A DNA stretch of 24,699 nt from Chloroflexota bacterium (lineage in GTDB: Bacteria > Chloroflexota > Dehalococcoidia > Dehalococcoidales > RBG-16-60-22). Every line of letters starts with the position of its first letter. The first letter of the stretch is position 1. Positions 1 to 7,439 of this stretch are shown piece by piece. The translations under genes and the position numbers were made by a program. The DNA lies in the NCBI GenBank assembly GCA_016875955.1, contig VGOH01000001.1, positions 1-24,699 of the forward strand, given 5' to 3'. A model generated the notes under the pieces. That model made no database searches. It was not told the DNA's origin and saw only the letters and a program-made list of their open reading frames with translations.

Positions 1-31
1 AGGTAATAAAGGTGAATAAGGAGGTGAAGCA

Positions 32-499
32 ATGAGGTTACCAAAAAGGGGCGAGAAGGGGTTCACCCTGATTGAGCTGCTCATCGTGGTCGCCATCCTG
101 GGCGTGCTGGCCGCAGTGGTCATCCCCAACGTGGGCCGGTTTATCGGCCGGGGTGAGCAGGAAGCGTGGGAAACCGAGTTTTCCAACGTCCAGTCCGCGG
201 TGGTGGCCATGATGACCGACAACCAGTTGGATACGCTGCCGACGGCGGTAAACGCTACCGCCACCAGGAACATGCACGTCTTCCCCGATACCACCACAGC
301 CGCCAACAAGGGAAATGACGCCAATGGTGTCAACTTCACTGTCGGTGACGGGAATGGCTTTGTGCTCTACCAGCACGATATAACCGGTGGCGGTGCCAAC
401 ACCAGCCTGGTCAACTATGTGGCTACCCAGTACACCAAGGGCACCTACACCTGTGACGCGCTGGGCACGGTAACTCAGGTAACCACGGGGTACGAGTAA
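32..499 (+). CDS. pilA: Type IV major pilin, copy 1 (155 aa)
   Basis: Class III signal peptide MRLPKRGEKG|FTLIELLIVVAILGVLAAVVIP with Glu5 and a hydrophobic N-terminal helix. SD AGGAGGTGA at 19-27. Confidence 0.93.
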   Translation: MRLPKRGEKGFTLIELLIVVAILGVLAAVVIPNVGRFIGRGEQEAWETEFSNVQSAVVAMMTDNQLDTLPTAVNATATRNMHVFPDTTTAANKGNDANGVNFTVGDGNGFVLYQHDITGGGANTSLVNYVATQYTKGTYTCDALGTVTQVTTGYE

Positions 500-536
500 T
501 CTATGTATCTACAATATGAGAGGAGGAGGTGAAGCA

Positions 537-1004
537 ATGAGGTTACCAAAAAGGGGCGAAAAGGGGTTCACACTGATTGAGCTGCTCATCGTGGTCGCCA
601 TCCTGGGCGTGCTGGCCGCGGTGGTCATCCCCAACGTGGGAAGGTTCATCGGTCGGGGTGAAACGGAGGCCGGGGAAACCGAGCTCTCTAACGTCCAGGC
701 AGCGGTGGTGGCCATGATGGTTGATAACCAGCTCAGCTCGCTACCGACGGCGGTAAACGTTACCGCCACCAAAAATATGAGCATGTTTCCCGATACCACC
801 ACGAATACCAGCAAGTCACCGGATGCCGATGGAGACAACTTCACCGCCAGTGACGGCGGGGGCTATGTGCTCTACCAGCACGATATAAACGCCGATGGCG
901 CCAACACCAGCCTGGTCAACTATACCGCCACGCAGTTCACCAAGGGCACCTACATCTGTGATGCTTCCGGCACGGTTACCCAGGTAACCACGGGGTACGA
1001 GTAA
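537..1004 (+). CDS. pilA: Type IV major pilin, copy 2 (155 aa). Start is ATG 537 rather than the track's 516.
   Basis: Same signal peptide and the same SD context (AGGAGGTGAAGCA-ATG) as copy 1. 126/155 residues identical to copy 1 by manual ungapped count. Confidence 0.93.
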   Translation: MRLPKRGEKGFTLIELLIVVAILGVLAAVVIPNVGRFIGRGETEAGETELSNVQAAVVAMMVDNQLSSLPTAVNVTATKNMSMFPDTTTNTSKSPDADGDNFTASDGGGYVLYQHDINADGANTSLVNYTATQFTKGTYICDASGTVTQVTTGYE

Positions 1005-1079
1005 TTAACAATGTGTGATGGCGGTGGATGTGGGGCGGTGGAAAACAACATGGGTGAGGTAGTGGAGGGGGTGAGGTCA

Positions 1080-1114
1080 GAGAGAGAAGCCCGTTTTGGG
1101 CTTCTCTCTCTTTT
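1080..1114 (+). terminator. Intrinsic terminator after the pilin pair
   Basis: Perfect 13-bp stem GAGAGAGAAGCCC / GGGCTTCTCTCTC with a 5-nt loop, followed by TTTT. Lies between convergent genes. Confidence 0.8.
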
Positions 1115-1180
1115 CCTAACCATTCAGACGCTAAGCATCCGGACAACAAGAGAAGGATAGCTTATCAAGTCAATAATTCA

Positions 1181-2722
1181 CTACTTGCTGGTCTGGGTTG
1201 TCAGCATGATAGGACCACTGGTGGTATACGGGTAACCTTCCGGAGGAGGTATGGGTGTGGCGAAGCGTCCGCTGGCCTCAAGCGCCGTAAGATAATCACG
1301 AAAAGATATATAATCAGCCGCCTGACAGCTAATATTGATGTTTTTGCCCCCGTGTGATATTGAACTCACCTCCACGCCCAGTTTTGCCGCCTCCTGCACA
1401 ATTACCTTGATATCGTCGGTGAAGCTCTTGTCCCTGACGATAATTGAGTGGTATTCATCAATGGCCTTCTGCAGTGGGTCACGCCGCTCTATTTCCGCCT
1501 TCTTCTTCACCAACTGGGCATTGAGGGCAACGTCTTTCATTTGCAGGGCTGAAGTCTTCTTCATTTCCTCGGTGGTAAGCTGCCACAGGGGAAAGACCAG
1601 AGCCACGGCGGCTATGATGATAATGACTGAGTAGATTTGCTTTAAAGTGGGCCGCCAGGGCTGATAGGCGTGAGGCAGCAGATTCACACTGAGTGTTGAG
1701 CTTCCAGCACCACTATTGCCACTGACATCCCTCATGGACATTTCTTTACGCATGGCGAGCCCGATATTCGCCGCATACTGGGATACCGGCAGGAACACGG
1801 GGCAACCCAGCGGTGATGCCAGTGGCTCTATATTAAATTCAAGCCGGCTCTTTAACCCCTCCATCAGCTCCGGTTTAACCGATAACTGTCCGGTGATGTA
1901 AAGCGGAGCGGACATATCAAACGGCCGGCCAACACGGCCGGCGTTATAATGTTCCACTATCATATCAAGTTGTGCTGCCAGATACTCGGTGGCGTCTTCC
2001 GTGCCCATGCTATCCGGTCGCCAGGCCAGTGAATGTATGATTTCAGGCACACCATTAGACAAAATAACTATGTCAAAGTTTGTGAGTTCAATATTCAAAA
2101 TCAAAGCTTCCTTTTTACCGACGGCCCTGGCCAGCGCCATCGTCTTGAGCTCAATGGCCTGAGTACTGATACCCGCCGCCTTCAGAGCACGCACTTTGTC
2201 ATCAATAACATCTCTGGGCACACCGGTAGTGAATACGTGGCTGCCCCCTTCCGCAGTGTTCAATGCCTGCCAGAAAAAGTAGACCGTGTCCCTGGGAACC
2301 GGAATTATGTCCCGGGCAATCTCATTAACCGACTCATCAAGCGTCGGTGCTGGTGGCAGACCGGACGTGGGTATGAAGCGACTTATTGTGTAGAGGCCGC
2401 TTATGCTAATAATCACTTTGCTGGCTTTGATACCGCTTGACCTCATCAGCCGTCTGACGATGGCCCCCAGGTCGGACTCGCCTTTGCCACCTGCTGGCGC
2501 CGCTTCTTCTGATTCAAACGAGGCATCAGCCCATCTTCTAATCGTTCCACCACGCGTCTCCATGATGCTCACGCCAGCGGAACTGATATCCAGGGTAACC
2601 ACTTTCCCGGAAACAAAGCGCGCCAGCAGTCTCTCAATTATGTTCCCGAGCTTCCTGACCGCAGTGCTCAGGTCAAGGGCCAGGACGCCTTGAGATTTAA
2701 CTTTGCTTTTCTGCTCTGCCAA
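1181..2722 (-). CDS. pilMN: PilM-PilN fusion (type IV pilus alignment complex), 513 aa
   Basis: N-terminal actin-like PilM (VTLDISSAGVSIME ... AANIGLAMR), a Gly/Ser linker, the PilN motif VNLLP (aa 346-350), one TM helix (aa ~363-380), a coiled coil and a PilN-like domain. TTG start with GAGGTGG SD. Confidence 0.85.
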   Translation of the reverse strand: MAEQKSKVKSQGVLALDLSTAVRKLGNIIERLLARFVSGKVVTLDISSAGVSIMETRGGTIRRWADASFESEEAAPAGGKGESDLGAIVRRLMRSSGIKASKVIISISGLYTISRFIPTSGLPPAPTLDESVNEIARDIIPVPRDTVYFFWQALNTAEGGSHVFTTGVPRDVIDDKVRALKAAGISTQAIELKTMALARAVGKKEALILNIELTNFDIVILSNGVPEIIHSLAWRPDSMGTEDATEYLAAQLDMIVEHYNAGRVGRPFDMSAPLYITGQLSVKPELMEGLKSRLEFNIEPLASPLGCPVFLPVSQYAANIGLAMRKEMSMRDVSGNSGAGSSTLSVNLLPHAYQPWRPTLKQIYSVIIIIAAVALVFPLWQLTTEEMKKTSALQMKDVALNAQLVKKKAEIERRDPLQKAIDEYHSIIVRDKSFTDDIKVIVQEAAKLGVEVSSISHGGKNINISCQAADYISFRDYLTALEASGRFATPIPPPEGYPYTTSGPIMLTTQTSK

Positions 2723-2758
2723 AGTAAACCACCTCTTGTAATATAGCCGCCAGTATAA

Positions 2759-3709
2759 TTACCCTCCGGGCGGTTTAAAATACAGCTCAACCGCTAACCT
2801 GGCCACGGTGTCATAGACAGCCTCTTCACTGCCAAAGAACTCCGTGGCTGTTTCCACATCTGGCCCATCAAACTGCCGGACGGTGCCATCTGCCTCACAG
2901 GTGTAATAATATTCTGTAACCGATTGGTCAATATAGTTCATCTCCTGGTAAACGGATGTATTGTCCGCCGTTATCCGATCGTGCCCATAAAGCAAATAAC
3001 CTTCTGAGGGCGTTCCCTTCCCGGTATATCCCTTTTGTCTGGCGGTGGTGATAGCATCGGGGAAAGCCGTCATTTTATTCGTCGCCACCCCGCCTTCATG
3101 ATTTATCGGGTTGGGAATCCTGTCAAGACGGTTGTCCTTCATCATGCTGGATACCGCCTGTATCACGGCGCTGAATTCAGCTCTGCGCGCCGCTTCCTCT
3201 GCCTCCAATTGCAGCTTTACCCAGCTGAGGTCCACCTTTTTCAGAATCATGGTTTCCATCGTGGTGCCGGCATCAAGGTCAGATATGAAAGCCATAATGG
3301 CATTAAAATCAGCTTGGGCCCTGATATCGCCAAAGGCTAGCACTTTATAAGTGCGCTCCCCCATTTTTCTGGCCGAGGGTCCACTCGGTGGGGAAATGTG
3401 GAACATGCCACCCTCCGGGCTGACGTCAATGCCGCTTTTTCTGGCGATATCAACAATAATCGCCAGAGCTTCAGGCGTTTCCACCGGTACCAAAGCTTCG
3501 TTTACCTTATCGTATTTGGCCTGCAACTCCTCCATACTCGGTAAAGGCTTGTTCACCACCACCAGGGTTTTCCTTATCCTTTCTTCAAGGTCCTTCTGTT
3601 GTGGTCCCTGTTGCATATAAACAAAGCCGAGTCCGACGTAGATGATGACGCAGACACCCACCACGACGAGAAACCCCATCCGGCGTATCCTGGTCAAAAT
3701 CCCCTGCAT
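2759..3709 (-). CDS. pilO: PilO-like membrane protein with an inserted pilin-like globular domain, 316 aa
   Basis: N-terminal TM (aa ~13-31), coiled coil, PilO-type alternating helix/strand pattern, and position next to pilMN. aa ~172-280 align to the pilin head (see findings). AGGAG SD. Confidence 0.7.
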   Translation of the reverse strand: MQGILTRIRRMGFLVVVGVCVIIYVGLGFVYMQQGPQQKDLEERIRKTLVVVNKPLPSMEELQAKYDKVNEALVPVETPEALAIIVDIARKSGIDVSPEGGMFHISPPSGPSARKMGERTYKVLAFGDIRAQADFNAIMAFISDLDAGTTMETMILKKVDLSWVKLQLEAEEAARRAEFSAVIQAVSSMMKDNRLDRIPNPINHEGGVATNKMTAFPDAITTARQKGYTGKGTPSEGYLLYGHDRITADNTSVYQEMNYIDQSVTEYYYTCEADGTVRQFDGPDVETATEFFGSEEAVYDTVARLAVELYFKPPGG

Positions 3710-3781
3710 TTATGCCTGCTCCTAATTCTGGCGCACTTTACTCCATATCCGTCAATGAAATAAAACCCAAATACCCCCCGA

Positions 3782-4177
3782 TTACTTCCACCGCTCGCGA
3801 AATGCTCGCTGCACTGTTTCCTCAATAGTTTCCTCTATGGTCTTGGTTACTTTCCTCTCTCTCTTGTCTTTCTCGTCCGCTTCTTCTATTGCCTTTTGCA
3901 ACCGGTCCAGCTCATCATCGTAGAAAGACCAGTATAGCTGTCGTCCGCGCCTCCAGCCCACCACCCAGACCATCACCAAGCCAAAGAGAGCTATTGGGGC
4001 CACAATCCCAATGTTAATATCCTGAAAAAGCAGGATGATGACGATGATAAGTACGACAAAGAGAAATACCGCTACATCAAGATCCCACCGGGCAATTCTG
4101 GCCTTCTCTTTCGCCCGGCGAGCCGCTTCCCGCTTTGTTTCTTCTCCGACCGGCCCGGATTCTGTCTCCTGGCTCAA
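3782..4177 (-). CDS. Hypothetical membrane protein, two TM helices and a charged C-terminal coiled coil (131 aa)
   Basis: TTG start with AAAGGAGG SD. Hydrophobic segments VAVFLFVVLIIVIILLF and IGIVAPIALFGLVMVWVVGW. Co-directional within the pil cluster. Confidence 0.7.
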   Translation of the reverse strand: MSQETESGPVGEETKREAARRAKEKARIARWDLDVAVFLFVVLIIVIILLFQDINIGIVAPIALFGLVMVWVVGWRRGRQLYWSFYDDELDRLQKAIEEADEKDKRERKVTKTIEETIEETVQRAFRERWK

Positions 4178-4367
4178 GATGTGCCTCCTTTCACCCCGTT
4201 AACACGGAGCCAGTTATTATGCTGCCATTAATTACCGGTTCAATTAAGGGAATCATTTACCTGACGGAAATGTTATCCGACGCCTTTCTATTTTAGTCAG
4301 TCTGGTGTTCTTTGACTCTAATACCGGCAGCCTTTTAAATCCACGATGGGTACATATTTCTGCCATC

Positions 4368-4396
4368 AGTGTAAATGGTGAAGGAGCTTCTGTCAA
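4368..4396 (-). promoter_or_regulatory. Sigma70-type promoter inside the pil cluster, upstream of hyp-pilO-pilMN
   Basis: On the minus strand TTGACA (4396-4391), 17 nt, TACACT (4373-4368), starting immediately after the pilC stop codon. Confidence 0.6.
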
Positions 4397-5647
4397 TTAG
4401 CCGAAGGCGCCGGTGAGCGTATACATAGGCATAATCACGGAGAGGGCAATGAAGCCAACCAAAAGGGCGATACCTATGGTGCTGATAGGGCCAATCATGC
4501 CCACCATGGCAGACGTTCTCTCCGCCGCCGTCGTTTCAAAGAAATCAGCCACCACCCCCATGGTGAAATCAAGGGTGTTGCTTTCCTCTCCCACGGCAAC
4601 CATCTGCACCAGCAGAGGCGGAAACAAACTTATTCGGGACATCGGCTCCGCCAGCCCCTCACCTAGTAGCAACCGCTCGTTCACATTGCTCAGGGCATCC
4701 CGGAAGACAATATTAGTTGTCGATTGCGGCAGTATCTCCATTGATTCCTGTAGTTTAAGTCCGGCGCTGACCATCACCGACAGCGTCCTGGCGAAGCGTC
4801 CCAGTTCTGACATAAGTGCCGGAGGCCCGATAATCGGTATGCTGATACGCAGCCGGTCCAGTATCCGCCTGCCGGAAGGCCTCTTCACCATCCAGAGCAT
4901 GACAGCAAATAATACCGCACCGGCAATGATAAGATGCAGCGGATATTTCTGCACAAACTGTGTCAGCGAAATAAGTATTCTGGTGGGCAGAGGTAATTCT
5001 ACCGCCATCGCCGTAAACATAGTGAGCAGCTTGGGCATGACCACGGTAATCATCATAATGACCACGACGATGCCAACGCCAATGACTATCACCGGGTAGG
5101 TCATCGCTTTCTTAACCTGCTGGGTCATTGACTGGTGTTTCTCCAAAAAACTAGCCATCTGGTTAAGCACCATGTCCAGATTTCCCGTTTCCTCACCAAC
5201 GGCAATGGTACGGCAGTAAACTTCACTGAAGGCTTTGGGATGCTTCTTGACTGCCTGTGAGAAAGAACCTCCGGAGCGGATGTCATTAACCACGCTGAAC
5301 AAAATGGTTTTAAAAGCGCGGCTGCTGGCCACCTGCCCCTGCAGGATTTCCAGCGCCGGCAGCAGTGAAATGCCGGAGCGCAGTAAAGTGGCCAGCTGGC
5401 GGGAAAAAACGATGATATCACGTTCCTTTAGCCGGAAGAGTGAAGGGAGGGCCTCCTCCAGGCTGAACATGGACGGGGCCACTTCCACATGCTCTGGAAT
5501 GTAGCCCTTGGCAATGAGCTGTCTTTCGGCGGCAATCTCGCTGGGCGCCTTGATATTGCCCTTTACCAGATTACCTTCTCTGGTGGTCGCTATATAGCGG
5601 TAGGTGACCTCTCTCAGTTTTCCGGTTCCTTCAATTGTTCTGGCCAC
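4397..5647 (-). CDS. pilC: Type IV pilus / T2SS inner-membrane platform protein PilC (GspF family), 416 aa
   Basis: Motifs FSRQLATLLRSG, GEETGNLD, KAMTYP and VAVGEES, two GspF-type repeats and three TM segments. GTG start. Confidence 0.95.
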   Translation of the reverse strand: MARTIEGTGKLREVTYRYIATTREGNLVKGNIKAPSEIAAERQLIAKGYIPEHVEVAPSMFSLEEALPSLFRLKERDIIVFSRQLATLLRSGISLLPALEILQGQVASSRAFKTILFSVVNDIRSGGSFSQAVKKHPKAFSEVYCRTIAVGEETGNLDMVLNQMASFLEKHQSMTQQVKKAMTYPVIVIGVGIVVVIMMITVVMPKLLTMFTAMAVELPLPTRILISLTQFVQKYPLHLIIAGAVLFAVMLWMVKRPSGRRILDRLRISIPIIGPPALMSELGRFARTLSVMVSAGLKLQESMEILPQSTTNIVFRDALSNVNERLLLGEGLAEPMSRISLFPPLLVQMVAVGEESNTLDFTMGVVADFFETTAAERTSAMVGMIGPISTIGIALLVGFIALSVIMPMYTLTGAFG

Positions 5648-5656
5648 TGTTGCCTC

Positions 5657-7360
5657 TCAGCTAATGGAGAATACGTTACGCATGACCTCATATGGCGTGG
5701 TGATTCCCAGTTTAACTTTCATCATCCCGTCATGCCACAGGGATATCATGCCTTCCTGAATGGCCTGCCGCCGCATTTCATCGGCATCGGTGCTTTTGAC
5801 AACTATGCGGCGGATGGCCTCAGAGATGACCAATACTTCAAAGATGCCGGTTCGTCCCAGATAGCCGGTGCCAGCGCAGAAATTACAGCCGGCACCGACA
5901 GTAAATTCAGAGCGTTTTTCCCCCATTTCTGCTTCATAAGCTTCCCTCTCGTCAGGGGCGACTTCAGCAGGGCGAGAGCAGTACGGGCAGACACGCCGCA
6001 CCATCCTCTGGGCAACAACACCAATCAACGCCGAAGAAATGAGGAACGGCTCAATGCCCAGGTCAACCATCCGGATGATGGTGCTCACAGTGTCATTGGC
6101 GTGAACCGAAGACAGCACCAGATGGCCGGTAAGAGCTGCCTGGGTGGAAATCTGCGCTGTTTCCGCGTCACGTATCTCACCGACCAGTATCACATCAGGG
6201 TCAAGCCGCATGGTGGCTCTCAGCCCGGTGGCGAAAGTGACATTGGCCGTTGGATTGACCTGCATCTGGTTTATGTTGGAAAAATGGTACTCCACCGGGT
6301 CTTCAATGGTGATAATCTTGCGGCCAACTGAGTCAAGTGTATTGACCGAAGCGTACTGGGTGGTCGTTTTACCGGAACCGGTAGGGCCGCTTATCAGTAT
6401 CATGCCGAAAGGCGTCTTCAGCATCATCAGGTATCTTCCCAGCATCTGGGGCAAGAAACCGATGTCTGGCAGAGGCATAAAGGCAAAGGCCTTGTCCAGT
6501 ATTCTCAGCACCGTCATTTCACCGTATATCGTGTTGGAGGTGGCCACACGGATATCCACCTCACGGTCACCCATGTCAAAGGTTATCTGCCCGTCCTGCG
6601 GGCGGCGGCGCTCGGCGATGTTCAATCCGGCCATGATTTTCACCCGCGAGAGCAACGGTGCATGGACACTTAATGGCAAGCCCATTACTTCGTTCAGAAT
6701 CCCGTCAATCCGGTATCGAACGCGCAATCTGTCCTCCTGAGGTTCAATATGCACATCGGAGGCGCGGTCCCGCACCGCCTGTTTTATAAGCAAGTCAATG
6801 GCGCGCACTACTGGAGCCTGGGCGATTGTTTCCGGGGAAAGCCGGGCTTCTCTCAGCCCGGCGCTGCTGCGATACCGGGTGGGAATCTGACTCAACTGTT
6901 CTTCAAGTTCACCGCCGATGCGATAGTTCAGGTCTATCATTTCCTGAATGTCCTGAGCCGTGCTGATGACCGGCTCAATCCTTTTCAGAGTTATTGCCGC
7001 CAAATCTTCAATGGCCTCTATATCCTTGGGGTCTTCCATGGCGATCACAATGGTCCCGTCTTTCAAAGCCACCGGGATGATGCCGTATTTCCTGGCCACA
7101 GATTCCGGAATTAATTTCACCGCGTCAGCCTTCACGCCTTCTCTTCTCAGGTTGATGAACGGTATGCCCAGCTGCAAGCTGAGAAAAAATGCCAGTTGCT
7201 GCTGTGTCACCATACGTTGCTGAATTAAAATATGTTCTGGCCGGTCACCTGTCTTCTGCTGCAGTTCCTGAACACGCTGCGCCTGCTCGTCACTGATAAT
7301 TCCAGCTTCAGCCAGAATATTCACAACGTCTTTTTTAACGCTTTTTGCCGGTGCTTCCAT
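5657..7360 (-). CDS. pilB: Type IV pilus assembly ATPase PilB (GspE family), 567 aa
   Basis: ASDVHIEP, Walker A GPTGSGKTT, TIEDPVEY, Walker B DPDVILVGEIRD, His box TGHLVLSSVHAN, and zinc motif CPYC...CNFC. Confidence 0.96.
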   Translation of the reverse strand: MEAPAKSVKKDVVNILAEAGIISDEQAQRVQELQQKTGDRPEHILIQQRMVTQQQLAFFLSLQLGIPFINLRREGVKADAVKLIPESVARKYGIIPVALKDGTIVIAMEDPKDIEAIEDLAAITLKRIEPVISTAQDIQEMIDLNYRIGGELEEQLSQIPTRYRSSAGLREARLSPETIAQAPVVRAIDLLIKQAVRDRASDVHIEPQEDRLRVRYRIDGILNEVMGLPLSVHAPLLSRVKIMAGLNIAERRRPQDGQITFDMGDREVDIRVATSNTIYGEMTVLRILDKAFAFMPLPDIGFLPQMLGRYLMMLKTPFGMILISGPTGSGKTTTQYASVNTLDSVGRKIITIEDPVEYHFSNINQMQVNPTANVTFATGLRATMRLDPDVILVGEIRDAETAQISTQAALTGHLVLSSVHANDTVSTIIRMVDLGIEPFLISSALIGVVAQRMVRRVCPYCSRPAEVAPDEREAYEAEMGEKRSEFTVGAGCNFCAGTGYLGRTGIFEVLVISEAIRRIVVKSTDADEMRRQAIQEGMISLWHDGMMKVKLGITTPYEVMRNVFSIS

Positions 7361-7439
7361 CTCGCTTACCCCCCAGATTAGCCCAGTAGTTTCAGTTCTA
7401 ACTTCTCCGACTCAGTGTTTAGCCACCGTTGACGAACGC

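Larger units (their letters stand above)
19..1005 (+). repeat. Tandem duplication of the pilin gene, 505-bp period
   Basis: 19-54 equals 524-559 (36 nt identical) and 476-500 equals 981-1005 (25 nt identical). Same gene length, no indels. Confidence 0.92.

Noticed and set aside
62-1004. Electrically conductive (e-pilin) interpretation
   Set aside because: Pilin 1 has 12 F/W/Y in 145 mature residues (about 8%), a long aromatic-free gap after F40, and lacks the Geobacter-type positions Y24, Y32, F51 and Y57.
1020-1077. G-rich strand after the pilins as a Neisseria-like G-quadruplex for antigenic variation
   Set aside because: It is mostly GG runs, and four GGG runs occur only with long loops. 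Part of it matches the repeat end motif GGGGTGAGGT and is better explained as a repeat remnant.
1011-1160. 49-codon ORF downstream of pilin 2
   Set aside because: No SD, it runs through the terminator, and it has no recognisable features.
4178-4361. c-di-GMP or c-di-AMP riboswitch in the pil leader
   Set aside because: I could not find the conserved cores I know for GEMM-I, c-di-GMP-II or ydaO, and only short weak stems are present.
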